DNA from: Eledone cirrhosa
Lineage: Eukaryota
Length of the DNA: 64,000 bases
Direction: 5' to 3'
Assembly (NCBI GenBank): GCA_964016885.1
Contig: OZ024741.1
Span: 191,952,001 to 192,016,000, forward strand
Of this stretch, positions 36,618 through 50,329 are shown piece after piece. Both the position numbers and the translations under genes were made by a program. The notes under the pieces were generated by a model that saw nothing but the letters and a program-made list of their open reading frames with translations, was not told where the DNA came from and ran no database searches. Position 1 is the first letter of the stretch. Every line of letters starts with the position of its first letter.

Positions 36618-39390
36618 AGCTGGGCAGAATGGAGAAGGCGTTTCCCTGGAGGATGGTAAGGGAGATGTGCTGGAAGAGCCATTCTAACTCGCGAAGCTCA
36701 CACCAGCTCAGGGTTTATGGTGGTGAGTAGGGAGGTAGCCCTAGGGCCAAGGACGCCAGAAGTCTCCACTCCCAAAGGTACGACCGCGAACCTGTCGGAG
36801 AGCGACCGGTACTTGGGGAGTTTGGCTTCCTCAGCTTGACGTGCAGCAGAACGTGGGTTAAACGCAGACTGCACCAGGTTGCAACTGGAGAAAGTGTCGC
36901 TGTAAGTGACATCCCGGACGAGGGGTTTGCCACCGCGGAACGGGAAGATGGTTATGCCATCTGGCTTTTTGTCGTCCCCTTGGTGCAGACCTACTGGCTC
37001 GAGCTGGGGGGGGGGGGGGGGGCAGCCTGCAGCGTCCAAGCCATGCTTTATGGCCTCGTTGAGAGCAGCTTGGAGTGGAAGATGGCCAGACTGTGGCGAC
37101 AGGAAAGTGGGTGGAGGCTGAAAGAGTCCACTGTGGATCCACAGTGATATTTGTGTGGCTCACGGATCCGGAGGCCAAGCCTCAGGGAAACACTGAGGCA
37201 CAGGGGCTATTGTTGTCCAGCTGCATGCCAGTGGAGAAGGAGGGTAAGGCATGGAGCAAGGCACCACTGTGGGGTTTGGAGGCTGCGCGAAAACAGGTAA
37301 TGCGGTGCTGGTCAAGCTGGTGTGTGAGCCTGTCTGAGGCCAGGCAGCACTGGATGGCATCCCAAATGCTTTGGGGGGACTTGATGTCAGCAGGGGAAAA
37401 AGGAGGAGGGGCGTCTACTGGGCTAAGTCCCAGCTGGTCCCACATCTCACAGGCGGCCTCATGTTCCCCGATCACAGAGGGTTCCATTGTTTTGGAGAAC
37501 CCTGCTGATGAGGACACGGCATGAGGTTACCAACAAAAGAAACGCTGGCAAAACCAACGAGATCGGGGACCAGAGGCCAAGGCTGCCATAGCTGACAGGT
37601 AAAGTGGCCTGTTGCTATCCAATGTTGTCAAATCTGACATCGCATATCTCCTCTGCTGCTGCTCGGATACAAGTATGGAGATCAGTGGGGAGAGATACGT
37701 GGCTGTAGCATGGAGTGCTGCGAAGGATCAAGAGGAGCTTTGGTATGGCGAAGCAGTTTCTCAACAGGAAGAGTGCTGGATGGCCGTCAATCAAGCCCAG
37801 TCGACTCTTGAGGGTCTTGAGTTACTGGAGCCTGGACCTGATGGTGGAGTGGATGGCCGGCGGGTGGATTGGTGACCCGGGGATAAGGACATCCTCTTTA
37901 GGGGTCACCTGTACCTGGTGGAGAATGGATCGCACATCCGAGACGGAGGCTGCAAAGCCCTCAGCATCGTCGCTGACATTCACCACCTCCGACTTGGACG
38001 AATTGACCTGGAGGCGTGATACTCCGGGAAATGTGGTCTATACCAAGGGCAAACAGGAGGGGGTCCAAAGGGTCACCCTGCTGGACCCCAGTGGCCTCAG
38101 GTATGACTGTATCAGCAGCAAGGAGAATGCTCGGGGCTCCATATGATAAGTATACCAGCGGGTAGACAGAGGGGGCTTGGCTGAGGCAGGCATTGAGCAG
38201 ATGGACCCAGTGTATGCAGTTAAAGGCATTCCTCATGTCAAACTTGACAATGAGGTGCCTGAAGTCCCTGGGTGCCCGTTCCAGTGGGCAGCTATTGAAG
38301 AACTGCCTGGTTGCATGTGCGGCTCCCTCACAGCCACCATGACACCCCGACACCCAGTTGCACCGGACTAAACTCCTCACCCAGTTCAGGTGTTATGGAC
38401 CTGCAGACCACCTAGGCAGCCAGCCTCCGGAAGACATTGCCCACAGCGATGGGACATATGCCACCCTCTTTCTTCCTGAGAACGGTCAGGCTAGCTGAAA
38501 AAAAGAGGCCTCAGGCTTGAGGGTCCAGGGCGCCATGGATAGACCTATTGGTGAGTGCCACAATTGCATTCAGAAGGTGACGCTCGGCCTGAGTGGAGAG
38601 GCAGGATAGCAACTCCGTGAGGTGGCCAGGTCAGAGACCAACAGCAACTCCGCTGCTGCTAGCTGGGAAGGACTTGATGGCAGACATGATGTCTGCGTCG
38701 GAAGCCACAAGAAGCAAGTGGGGATTGGGTGAGGGTATGGGTCTGAGGTCAGCAGGTGGCTCAGGGTGTTTGAGTCACAGGGCAGCCAGGACCACCTCGG
38801 TGGGTTGAAGGACAGTATCCTCTGAGGCAACTAACTGCGGCTGCGACATCACCCATGATTAGTTTAGCGTTTACGCCGTCACGTAAATGCTTGGCGCTGG
38901 CTGGTCTCAGGGGTGGAGGATTGAAGGCACCCGAGAGCAGGAGGTGTCATCCTTCAGCACGCTTGGGATGGGTGCTTGCCCAAAGGACGAAACATTGGTC
39001 TTGACAAAAGCTGCTGTTGACAGGCCGCCTCGGTCAGCGCCAGAGTTGGGGTGGGGGGAAAATGGGTGTGGGGCGAAATAGAAGAGGTGTTCCCAGTCTC
39101 TGGCTTGGTTAGAGTCCAGGGCACTCTCAATTGAGGAAGAGAGGGCATCGGCTACCGGCACCCGGGTCGCTCTTGGGATCTTCAGCAGGATCTTTCAGAG
39201 CCGCCGTGAGCCGAACGATGTTGACCAGCGAGGCTTGGGCATCAGACAAGATCACTGTCTCATCTGGTGGTCTGCCAGACGGCCGTGGCTGGGCAGACGA
39301 TGGGAAGAGACAGTTGCTTGGAGAGGTTGGAGCAGATGTTACGTCAAGAGAACATCTGGACAGGATAGATTTGGATAGAATATGTTAGAA
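36618..39390 (-). mobile_element. CRE-clade non-LTR retrotransposon relic
   Basis: GGCEGAAHATR, KFDMRNAFN, GVQQGDPL.PLLF, EPVGL...KKPDG.TIFP..GGKPL and LGVETSG (REL domain). GC-rich. Confidence 0.85.
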
Positions 39391-39804
39391 CTGATGAAGC
39401 AACGTGGTAAATGTTTAAGATAAACATTCATTATAGACTAATCTTAATCATTTTTTTTTTAAATCAAGAGAATGAGTATCTGATGCAAGCAAAATTCCTT
39501 TATCGACATCAGGATCAACATATTTATGTACTTCACGTGATGAGTTACGAATGGCGAACTATTTTGTTTAATGATTCACGACTAGTATAACAGCTCTGCA
39601 TGGCTCTCATTGCATTGAGCTGAAAAGTCTGTAAATGAATATACTTGCTCCAATTGATAATATAATATTAGTATACTATATACACACACATATATATTAT
39701 ATTAGTATACTATATACATATATATATATACATATTTGTGTGGGTAGCAACGTGTGTTAATGTGTGTTACTGCTGACTCTAGCAGAGCCACAAGAAAAGA
39801 CGTC

Positions 39805-39862
<58 letters not shown>

Positions 39863-39887
39863 GAAGAATCAGTGAACACAATTTATT

Positions 39888-39982
39888 ACGTATTACAATT
39901 GTTTCTCCGGCGAACAACTTGAGGTGCGATCTGTTTGTGGATCGAACCTGACTTTGTATTCGCAAGTTCCTCAGATATGTCT
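39888..39982 (-). ncRNA. Type-I hammerhead with large stem-II insert
   Basis: ACAUAU-CUGAGGA-(~62 nt)-GAAA-CAAUUG-UA-AUACGU; palindromic stem III and GUA site. Homologous to 61523-61619. Confidence 0.65.
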
Positions 39983-40065
39983 AGTGATTTCGAAGCAAAT
40001 CCTCTTTCTGTAATGTCTACGCCATTTTTGACATTATAATACAATGGGAGGAAACATAATATATA

Positions 40066-40119
40066 ATAGTACTACTGATGATGTTGCAGATGTGCGACGA
40101 AAGAACTTTGATAGACTAT
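40066..40119 (+). ncRNA. Hammerhead-like motif from the Neptune-type Penelope pLTR (solo fragment)
   Basis: CUGAUGA-U-GUUGCA gaug UGCGAC-GAAAGAACUU; near-identical to 53728-53781. Confidence 0.5.
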
Positions 40120-40129
40120 ATATATATAG

Positions 40130-43100
40130 AGAGTTTGAAAAGAAAAAAATCTGGACAGTCAGTGACAATGCCAAAGATAAAGACAAATTCACCTCATGCT
40201 GCCGGACGAGAATGCAAGGACTCCTCCTCTTTATTTCGGCCGCGGATGGCTAACATAACCCCATCCGCGCCCCACCGTTCCCACCCTCCAAACGCAATCC
40301 AAAACTTCAGAGTTGGTACCATGAATGTAGGCACCTTAAAAGGTCGCTCTAACGAGGTTGTAGAAATACTTGAACGTAAGGATGTCGATGTTTGCTGTAT
40401 TCAAGAGACCAGGTGGAGGGGTGGGTCTGCTAGATTCATTGTGGGTAAAGAACGATGCTATAAGCTTTTCTGGGTGGGTGGCGTAGGAATCATGGTAGCA
40501 GAAAAGTGGGCAGATAAGATAATTGTTTCTACATTAGGCACAAGGCCAGCAATTACCCAGTGCATTTCTGGTACTTTATTTTATCGACCCCGTAAGGATG
40601 AAAGGCAAACTCAACCTCGGCGGGATTTGAACTCAGATCGTAAAGGGACGTAACTATGCTGGAAAGCATGGCGTCCGACCCTCTACCGATACGTAAATAG
40701 AGTGAACGACAATAATTAAAATAAGACTTGTCCTCAATAGAACTACTGTGACAACAATATCTGTATATGCACCCGAATCCGGACTGTCTGGTGTTATAAA
40801 AGACAGATTCTATGAGGTGTTAATGCTCACTACCTCCCAAATAACCAACAGTGACTACATAGTTATCGCTGGCGACCTAAATGGTCACGTTGGACAACAT
40901 TGTGACGGCTATGACGGAATCCATGGAGGCTATGGGTTTGGTACTAGAAATAAGAAAGGCTCTAGAATCCTGGAATTCTGTGACGCAAATAACCTAACTA
41001 TCTGTAACACTAACTTAAAAAAACGAGACAATCACTTGATCACCTATAGATCAGGGGAACACACCAGCCAGGTAGATTATATCCTTACCAGAAGATGTGA
41101 CAGTGTCTGTTGTAAACACTAAATCCCTCCCCCATGAAGAATGCACCTCTCAACATAGACTCATAATTAGCGACCTCATAGTCAGGACGAGACGTACTCG
41201 ACAACAGAAGAGGACTATCCTCAGGAGAAAAATATGGAAGCTAAAGGACCCCACAACCAGTAATAAATTTAAAGGCATATTACTTGATGCTTTTGATAGT
41301 AAGGAAGAGCAATTAGAGTCGTACAATATAGAGGAACATTGGGAATTCCTGAAAGCTAACCTGCTGAAGGCGACAAATGAAATCTGTGGCAGGAGGAGAG
41401 TAACTTGGTGGTGGAACAGCAAGGTGGAGGAGTCAATCAAGGCCAAAAAGCAGGCTTGGAAAGCATGGCGGGATGGGGGAAGTAGAGAAGACTATCATGT
41501 GGCCAGGAGGGAAGCTAGGAGACAAGTGTACTTCGCAAGAAGGGAAGCAGAGGAAAGAAAGTTCAAGCATGTTCTACAACGCGAGGACCAAAAACGTGAG
41601 GTGTTCAGGTTTGGTAGGCAATGTGTCAAGGAAAACAGTGATAACAGTGATATTGTCGGGGAGAAGTGTGTCCTAAATGATGATGGTGTACTTGCCATCA
41701 CTGACGCTGATAAGAAGGTAGCTTGGAAGTGTCGCTACGAAAGGATACTAAATGAGGAGAACAATTGGGAGAAAGACAGTCTCCCCCACATCGATCTAAT
41801 AGAGGGACCAGCATTGCAAGTTGAAGGTAGTATAATAAGTAAGGCGATCAAAGATATGAAGACAGGCAAGGCGGCAGGGCCTTCGGAAATAGTTGCTGAA
41901 ATGCTGAAAGCATCTGGAACGGTGGGACACACTATGGTCATCCGGATAGTAAACCAAGTCATACAGAATGGGGTCGTTCCGAAGGACTGGCGTAGCAGCA
42001 TCATCATTAACTGCTACAAGGGTAAAGGAGATGCCTTAGATAGGGGAAACTATAGAGGCATTAAATTAATTGACCAGGTCATGAAGGTCACAGAAAAAGT
42101 AACAGCGGAACTAATCAGAAAGAGAATTGATCTAGATGAAATGCAGTTCGGGTTTGTGTCAGGTAAAAGTACAACAGACGCTCTTTTCATTGTACGACAA
42201 CTACGGGAGAAGTACCGAGCTAAAAGTAAACCCCTATACTTAGCTTTTGTTGACTTGGAGAAAGCCTTTGACAGAGTACCCCGCTCCATTATCTGGTGGC
42301 CTCTTAGAAAACTAGGTGTTGATGAATGGCTTGTGAGAGCTATACAAGCCATGTATAAAGAAACAGTCAGCAAGGTTAGAATTAACAACTAATATAGTGA
42401 AGAGTTTAGCGTAAAAGTTGGTGTTCATCAGGGCTCCGTCCTTAGCCCCCTACTATTTATTATTGCCCTTCAGGCTATAACAGAGGAGTTCAAGACCGGC
42501 TGCCCACGGGAACTCCTATACGCAGATGATCTAACGCTCATAGCTGAATCAATGGCTGAACTAGAGAAGAAATTCCAAACATGGAAGCATGGCCTAGAAT
42601 CCAAAGGCCTTAAAATTAACCTGTCTAAGACTAAAGTTCTAGTTTGTAGGAAGGAAAATAGGGCACTGGTACCATCTGGGAAAAGGCCATGCTCAGTGTG
42701 TAGGAAAGGGGTAGGCTGAAACTCCATTTTATGTCCCAAATGCAAAGTATGGGAGCATAAAAGATGTAGCGGGATCACAGGTAAGCTAACTAAGAATATA
42801 GATTTTATATGTGGCCGGTGCTCAGGTGCTATAAGTAGCAAGTGCCCACAGAATACTAGCTCATTCCATTGCACAGATGGTTCTATAGAAATAGTGGACA
42901 CCTTCCGTTACCTGGGTGACAAAATCAGCAGTGGTGGAGGGTGCTCTGAGTACAGTAGCTAGAGTCAGAACGGGATGGAAAAGGTTCAGAGAGCTTATAC
43001 CACTATTGGCTGCTAAAGGGTTCTCTCTAAAAATGGAAGTCAGGCTGTATGATGCCAGTATACAAACAGCAATGTTACATGGCAGTGAGACTTGGGCATT

Positions 43101-43760
43101 GTGTGCAGAGGATCTACGCAGACTGGAGAGGAACGAAACCTGCATGCTCCGTTGGATGTGTAATAGTAATATACGTGAACGGCAAAGCATAAATGAATTA
43201 AGGGAGAAATTAGGAATAAGAGGAATCAGATGTTGTTTACTTGAGAGAAGACTACGTTGGTACGGTCACGTGATGCGCATGAAAGACGACAGCTGTATAA
43301 AAAAGTGCAAGGCGATAAAAATAGACGGTAGCCACGGAGTAGGCAGACCCAGAAAAACTTGGGACGACTTGATAAATTCCGACCTCACACACTTACACCT
43401 CTCCAAGACAATGTCACTGGACCGAGATCTTTGGCGCTACACAGTAATACAGAAGACCCGCCTTGCGTAAGTACAAAGCGAAACCTACAGTCAGTAGGCA
43501 CCTCTAACAAAAATACACCCCCCACCCCACCCCCACCCCATCCACACCACCCCTTTCGATGTAAAGTTATGTTGGCACCACAACATCCAGTCCGAAATAA
43601 ATGAGGTCGTGTAGGTGTCACGACAAAAAAAACACACAGTCCACGCTGTAATGTGGCCGTAGGTAACACGGTAAAAACCTCCCAGTCCACACTGTAAACG
43701 TGGTTGGTGTTAGGAAGGGCATCCAGCCGTAGAAAACCCGCCAGACAGTCCTATCGATAT
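40130..43760 (+). mobile_element. RTE LINE (PHD family), essentially full length, interrupted by a SINE and by stops
   Basis: VGTMNVGTL, CIQETRW, GDLNGHVG; RT ORF 41097-42392; C-terminal ORF 42916-43470; 3' UTR. Confidence 0.95.
40522..40691 (-). mobile_element. tRNA-derived SINE inserted into the RTE endonuclease region
   Basis: Splits EKWADK(II) from (V)NRVN, which are contiguous in the copies at 33870-33910 and 59470-59516. B-box GAGTTCAAATCCC. Confidence 0.85.
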
Positions 43761-44106
43761 TCAAAACAACAAACAGCGAAGGACGCGTTCCTCACTTGTC
43801 CGACAGACAACCTTTTCCCCCACGCCGGAAGAAAACCCCAGTTGATGGATGTGAATCCTAAATATATAGGGACTATTAAATCTCTCCCAAGGTAACTCTC
43901 TCTTGTGTTGTTATTTTTATTTTATCCTTTATACTCTTCCCTTCATTCTACACATCTCACACATCTTATACACACCACGCATCTCAACGTACACCCACTT
44001 ACATCTCTCTCTCCACCACCGGACCTTGTTACCCGGAGATTTACCCATTTGCATTGTCGAGGCTTCCAAACGACTTAAATATATTTACATATATATATAT
44101 ATATAT

Positions 44107-44745
44107 TGTTGTGGTGATCACCCCTTTGGGATTAAAGAAATGGACTTGGTGGACTATTATAAATAAACAACGAGATACATTGTCAGCGTGTTCGGTTGGA
44201 GTCTCGTTTGAAAGTCTCATGTTTTGTAGTCGGAAGTTACGCCTGAGATAAATTGTTAGTACCTCCGCAACGTAGAAAATATAACCAGTTCAAAGGGTTA
44301 TAAAAGTGGCGACGAGGTATTCGAAGCTTGCGTTGGCCTGTAGACCCCTCCCCCCAAAGTAAAAATCATTAGCATGGAAGATTTGTTAGCCGCCGTGGTA
44401 CAGTCACAACAACAGCAGCAGCAGTAACAGATACAATAACAGCAACAGATGCTAGAATTAATGTTAAAAAGGTCAGAAAGTTCTTCAGGTTTGTTCACAC
44501 CAGATGCCGTGGCAAATTTAATTGGTAATTCGTGTACAAACGAGAAGGTATTACCTTCGCAGCATATTTCAGAAGATATGAAGAAATCTTCAAGAAAGAA
44601 AGTCGCGGTTGGAATGACGGAAAGAAGGTACCACGATTATTAAGGAAGCTATCTCCTGCGGAACACGAAAAGTATTGTAATTTTATTCTGCCACAGAAGT
44701 CAGGTGAGATTTGTTTCGATGTTACTTTGTTAACAGAAAGTCTAT
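44107..44745 (+). mobile_element. Gypsy (Mag-like) 5' LTR, PBS and truncated gag
   Basis: TGTTG start; PBS-like TGGCGACGAGG at about 44307; gag GITFAAYFRRYEEIF...LLRKLSPAEHEKYCNFILP. Confidence 0.8.
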
Positions 44746-44843
44746 ATTAAAAATAAAAATAAAAAATAAAAAGAAGTCCCAAAAATAAAATACAATAAAA
44801 TATGGGAGAGAACTCTTTAAAATATTTGAGTTGTTTTCCTTTT

Positions 44844-44844
<1 letters not shown>

Positions 44845-44875
<31 letters not shown>

Positions 44876-46060
44876 TAGTTAGTTGACTTCTGTAGTCGTC
44901 GGGAGTATCTGCAGAAGCAGCACACACTCAAAATAGTCTATCAACGGCGGCCGTCAACAAATCTAGTATCGTCATTTGCGTCCATTCTTTGACATTGTCC
45001 AACCAGTTTTTGCGTTGGCGTCCACCTTCAACAGTGCCTTGCATGATGGTCTTGCGCAGGCTATCATGTCGTGTGATGTGGCCAAACCACGCCAGTTTCC
45101 TCCTCTTGACAGTGATGAGGAGAGATTCCTGGTGGCCCACAAAACTTCTAACATTACTCCGCACGTATTCATTGGTTTTAAGTTCCCAATAGGAAATACG
45201 AAGGAGTTTTCTCATGTATTTGTCATCAAACGCCTGGATCCATCTCCCCGTTTCTTCCAAAAGAGTCCAGGTTTCACACCCATATAGGAGGACGGGGACT
45301 ACCAGCGTTTTGTACAATCTATACTTGGTCTGAAAACTGATTTTGCTCTTCCATATTCTTGCCAATTTGGGCATCACTGTTATAACTGCGACAATCCGTG
45401 TGCGGATTTGTTGCAGGTACCATCTTTTGACAGGACTGTTCCCATGAATGTCCGTTCACAGTGATGTTGACATAGGTGCTACTTGTGCTATTCACCATTA
45501 CTTTGGATTTCTTGAAGTTGATCTCCATTTCATATGTTCCCGCTCTTTCAATAAGTTCGTTGGTGAAGTCTTGGAGCTCGTTGTTACTGCCTGCTATGAG
45601 GTCAATGTTCTCTTCAAAACGTAGATTACAGACAGGTCTACCACCGACAGAGATTGAGATATCATGGTCGTTGAGGTTTTTTTGCATGATTCGTTCTAAT
45701 AATAGGTTGAACAACGTGGGTGAAAGTACGCACCCCTGTCTCACGCCAACAATTGTCCGAAAGAAGTTTTCCACGCATTTTCCCATAAGAACTGCGCTGG
45801 TGGCCTCTATATAAAGGGCCTGGATGACTTGGATAATTCCATTTTCCCACCCTGAAGATATCCCAAAGACCGTCATGCCATACACGATCAAACGCTTTCT
45901 TGAAATCAACGTAGTTGTAGAACACGTCCTTCAGATGCTGCAGGTGTTTCTCTTCGAGGATCCTCCAATTGAAGTCTTGTTCCATTGTACTTCGTCCGGC
46001 TCTGAAACACGCTTGCTCTTCTGACAATAATTCTTCGGCCTTGGATTTCAGACGGTTCAA
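44845..46060 (-). mobile_element. RTE LINE fragment (third family)
   Basis: EEQACFRAGRST, VDFKKAFD, GVRQGCVLSP, LLYGCETW, KLAWFGH; (GAT)n tail. Confidence 0.9.
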
Positions 46061-46064
46061 AACT

Positions 46065-46840
46065 TGTGAAAGAATACATAAAAGATAGATTTCCTGTAAA
46101 AATCCAATAAAAAAACAAAGAGGGAACTCTTAGGTGTATATGGACTATAAATTTGATCAAAAACACGAAAAGAATACATAAATAAATAAAAAGAAAAGTT
46201 TTTCGGTAAAAATCCAATAAAGTAAGGAAAGCTTTAGAAATATTTTAAGAGTTGCCTCCCTTTACTGGAAGTAAAAAAAATTACTGAAAGTATGGCATGC
46301 GTCGACTATAATAAAATTTTGGTGAAATCTTATTCAAAAATACGTAAAACGTAAGTAAATAAAAAGATAGATTTTTCAGTAAAAATCCAATAAAGCAAGG
46401 TAAGCAACTCTTTAAAATATTTTAAGAGTTATTTCCCTTTACGAAAATTAATTTTTTTTAAACCAAAATGTAGGTGTTGGAGGGCTATAAAAAGTATTTT
46501 AATCAGAAACGTGTAAATTTCATTCAAATATGCGTAAAAGAATACGTAAATAAATAAAAAGATAGGTTTTTCGGTAAAATCCAATAACAACTCTTTAAAA
46601 TATTTTAAGATGTTTCCCTTTACCACAAGTGAAAAAACTTTACCAAAACCAAGGTGTAAAATGGCTTTAAAGATAAAATTCTTAAAAGGATACTTAAACC
46701 ACGGGAGGAAACGTTTAAAAATATTTTAAGTTGTATCCTTTTACAGGCAGTGAAAAACGTTACCGAAATTAAAGCATAAAACGAGTAAAAGAATACATAA
46801 ATAGATAAAAAGAGGTTTTTCGGTAAAATCCAATAAAACA
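46065..46840. repeat. AT-rich diverged tandem array, also present at 44750-44843
   Basis: AAGAATAC.TAAATAAATAAAA.GA...TTTTTCGGTAAAA.TCCAATAA recurs about 5 times. Confidence 0.75.
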
Positions 46841-46948
46841 CTGTGTTCATTACTGTATATTACTAAACAACAAATTAGATGAAACTTTTTGAGAGGTCAA
46901 ACTGTATGTTATTTTGAGTATGATATATACTGCTAGCTGATATATATA

Positions 46949-48925
46949 GACTGGCTGCTAACACCTGAACTGGGTGAGGAGTTCAGTCCGGTGCAACTGG
47001 GTGTCGGGGTGTCATGGTGGCTGTGAGGGGGCCGCACATGCAACCAGGCAGTTCTTCAACAGCTGCCCACCGGAACCGGCATCCATGGACTCCAGGTACC
47101 TCATTGCCAAGCTTGACATGAGGAATACCTTTAACTGCCGGGACCACTTGCTCGATGCCTGCCTCAGCCAAGCCCCCTCCGCCTACCTCTCATATGGAGC
47201 CCTGAGCATTCTCCTTGCTGCTGATACGGTCATACCTTCAGCCACTGGGATCCAACAGGGCGACCCTTTGGGCCTCCTCCTGTTTTCCCGGAGTATCACG
47301 GGCCCTCTCAACGTTTGGTAGCTGGAGGATGCTACGCTGGGCGGGCCCGTGGAGACTCTGCCAAGACCTTCAATCGGTGGTTCCTGCCCTGGCAGGAATT
47401 GGCATCCTGGTCAACTCGTCCAAGTTGGAGGTGGTGAATGTCAGCCATGATGCTAAGAGCTTTGCAGCCCCCGTCTCGGACATGCGGTCCATTCTCCACC
47501 AGGTACAGGTGCTCCCCAAAGAGGATGTCCTCATCTTCGTGTCACTGATCCACCCGCTGGCCATCCGCTCAATCATCAGTTCTAGGCCCGAACAACTCCA
47601 GACCCTCACGAGCCGACTAGGCTTGATCGACGGCCACCCAGGTCTCTTCCTGTTGAGGAACTGCTACGCCATGCTGAAGCTCCCCTACACCCTTCGCAGG
47701 GCTCCGTGCTACACATCTCTCCTTGCTGACCTCGATACTTGTATCCGAGCGGCAGCTGAGGAAATATGCAACGTCAGGTTTGACGACATTGGATGGCAAC
47801 AGGCCTCTTTACCTGTCAGATATGGCGGCCTTGGCCTCCGGTCCCCGATTTAGCTGGCTTTGCCGGCGTATCTTTCTTCGATAACCTCATGCCGCGTCCT
47901 CGTCAGCAGGGTTCTCCAAAACACAATGGAACCCTCTGTGAACAGGGAACGTGAGGCCACCTGTGAGACGTGGGACAGGCTGGGACTTAATGCAGACGTC
48001 CTTCCTCCTTCTCCCCTTGCTGATGTCAAGTCCTCCCAAAGCGTATGGGATGCCATCCAGTGCAGCCTGACCTCAGACAGGCTCACGCGTCAGCTCGACC
48101 AACACCGCCTTGCCTGTTTTGCGCGGCCTCCAAATCCCACAGTGGTGCCTGGCTCCATGCTTTACCCTCATTCTCCAGCTGGATAACGATAGCCTGCGCA
48201 TCAGCGTTTCCTTGAGGCTTGGACTCCAGATCTGCGAGCCACATAAATGTCGCTGTGGATCCACCGTGGACTCTTTCAGCCTCCACCCGCTTTCCTGTCA
48301 CCACAGTGCCGGCCTTCAACGCCATGCTGCCCTCAATGCTGCAGACTTCCCCTCCCAGCTCGAGCCAGTGGGGCTGGACCGAGGGGACAGGAAAAGGCCA
48401 GACGGTATGACCATCTTCCCGTTCCGTGGTGGCAAACCCCTCGTCTAGGATGCCGCTTGCAGCGACACGTTCTCCAGCCGCAACCTGGTGCAGTCTGCGA
48501 CTAACCCAGGTACTGCGACTAACCCAGGTACTGCGACTAACCCAGGCACGTCGGGCCAAGCTCTCCAAATACCGGTAGCTCTCCGACAGGTTCGCGGTCA
48601 TGCCCTTGACAGTGGAGACTTCTGGTGTCCTTGGCCTTAGGGCTACCTCCCTATTCACCACCACAGGCGCTGAGATGGCCAGCCGCAAGTGTGAGCCTCA
48701 CGAGTTGGAATGGCTCTTCCAGCGCATCTCCCTTACCATCCTCTGGGGAAACGCCTTCTCCATTCTGTCCGCCGGGGCTGTGGGGAGGCCAGTACATGGC
48801 ACCCCATTTGCTCACCATGTGGATTGGTGCAGGTAAACCAACTTTTTTACTTTAGTAACTCCACATAGTACAAGACATTAAAAAATACTTACAACTGAAA
48901 TAAAGAATATATAAAAAAAAAAAAA
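46949..48925 (+). mobile_element. CRE-clade retrotransposon relic, same family as 36618-39390, with A-rich tail
   Basis: KLDMRNTFN, GIQQGDPLG, WQQASLPVRYGGLGLRS, SLRLGL, CRCG...HPLSC, KRPDG. An 18-bp unit TGCGACTAACCCAGGTAC is triplicated at about 48496-48548. Confidence 0.9.
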
Positions 48926-49009
48926 GAATAGGATGTCTGTCTTATGGACACTATTGTTTAAAATAAATATTTCTTATTTTAATTCAAGGATGTCTTTCAT
49001 ATGGACACA

Positions 49010-49082
49010 TGTTTTCTACTTGTAGGTAAGCTTCAGAAAGGTCTAATTTAGAGAAAAATGTTTCACCGTTTAGTCCTGTCAA
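49010..49082 (-). mobile_element. Tiny Gypsy RT fragment
   Basis: GLNGETFFSKLDLSEAYLQVE, the first catalytic-Asp motif of LTR-type RT. Confidence 0.7.
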
Positions 49083-49109
49083 AAAGTATATATATTTCAC
49101 GAAAAAAAG

Positions 49110-49242
49110 AGAATCAGTGTTGCGACGAATGGAATTTATTGGACATATTACAGCTGGACGCACGATCGATGTGATGATCGAACCTGACTCTGAAAATCGC
49201 AAGGTCCTCAGATACGTCTTGATTCTATGAAGCAGATTTTCC
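49110..49242 (-). mobile_element. Third copy of the insert-hammerhead repeat, with GAAA and stem III deleted
   Basis: Aligns with 61501-61643 but lacks ATAGTTTCTCTGGCGACC. Confidence 0.7.
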
Positions 49243-49249
49243 TATTTGG

Positions 49250-49699
49250 TTCTCGTAAATAATTTTTTCAAAATATCAATTCAAAACTTATGTGAATAGG
49301 CAGCATATCTTGTCATTTACCTATGGTTTAAATTTCATATAAATCGAAGGGAAACAATTTCCAGCGGGGGTTTGTGCCCCCGGGAACCCTAATAGGGGGT
49401 TTAACCCCCATTAGGGTGTGTTAATATTATTGAAATTTGCTGAAATTTTGTGAATAGGCATCATTCTTTGTCATTTACCTATGCTTTAAATTTCATATAA
49501 ATCGAAGGGAAAACATTTTCAGTGGTGGTTTGTGACACTGGGGAATCCCCCCCCCCCCTCCCCGGAGAACCCTTTGATTAAAATGAAATGCGACGTAGTT
49601 TCAGAATATATAAATGGTTATGGGAGTCTATCTCCAAAACCATAGGAGGAGTTCGTGAACAAACAAACATACAGGAACTACAATTTTATATATATAGAT
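49250..49699 (-). mobile_element. Non-autonomous Helitron-like 5' portion with ~158-bp internal repeats
   Basis: Minus strand starts TCTATATATATAAAA followed by (TGTT)n; repeat units at about 49291 and 49449. Confidence 0.6.
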
Positions 49700-49714
49700 A
49701 TATCTACATATATA

Positions 49715-49851
<137 letters not shown>

Positions 49852-49917
49852 AGCGAATCTTCTGACCGTTAAGGTCTGATTTCCATGGGTATGTCATTGT
49901 TTATAAAACAAATTTTG

Positions 49918-49983
49918 TATTTCATCTGATGAAAGCGCACCATAATTTGCTTTGGTTGCCCTTGAAATATATATAATAAAATA
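49918..49983 (+). ncRNA. Type-I hammerhead, copy 1
   Basis: UAUUUCAU-CUGAUGA-AAGcGCACCA...UGGuUGCcCUU-GAAA-UAUAUA-UA|AUAAAAUA. Confidence 0.7.
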
Positions 49984-50329
49984 AATATGGTTTTATAAAT
50001 ATAGTTTCCATTTATTATTATCTTGGAATTTCTAATTTTATTTATTCATTTCATCTCAAATGTTAAGATAATTCAACAAGATACGACTTAGAGTTTTCGT
50101 TCTCTCTCTCCTTTCGCTTTCTCATCTCTCTCTATCTTTTTCTCTCTGTTGTTCTGATCTTTCTCTCTCTTTCTCTTTCTCCGTAACCCAACGGCTTATT
50201 TAAAAATATCCAATACTAACTTACCTAATAGTATAATTAAAGATATAACTCCACTATCCGGGAGCTTCCAACAGTAATGGCTGCATTCTTTAAGGGTATG
50301 TCAATATTTTTTTTATAAAACTGCTCTAC

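Noticed and set aside
39455-39640. Possible minus-strand exon after TTCATTTACAG
   Set aside because: All frames stop early, there is no donor, and no protein is recognisable.
46065-46840. CRISPR-like repeat-spacer array
   Set aside because: Eukaryotic context, degenerate repeats, related spacers and no cas genes; it is a satellite-like array.
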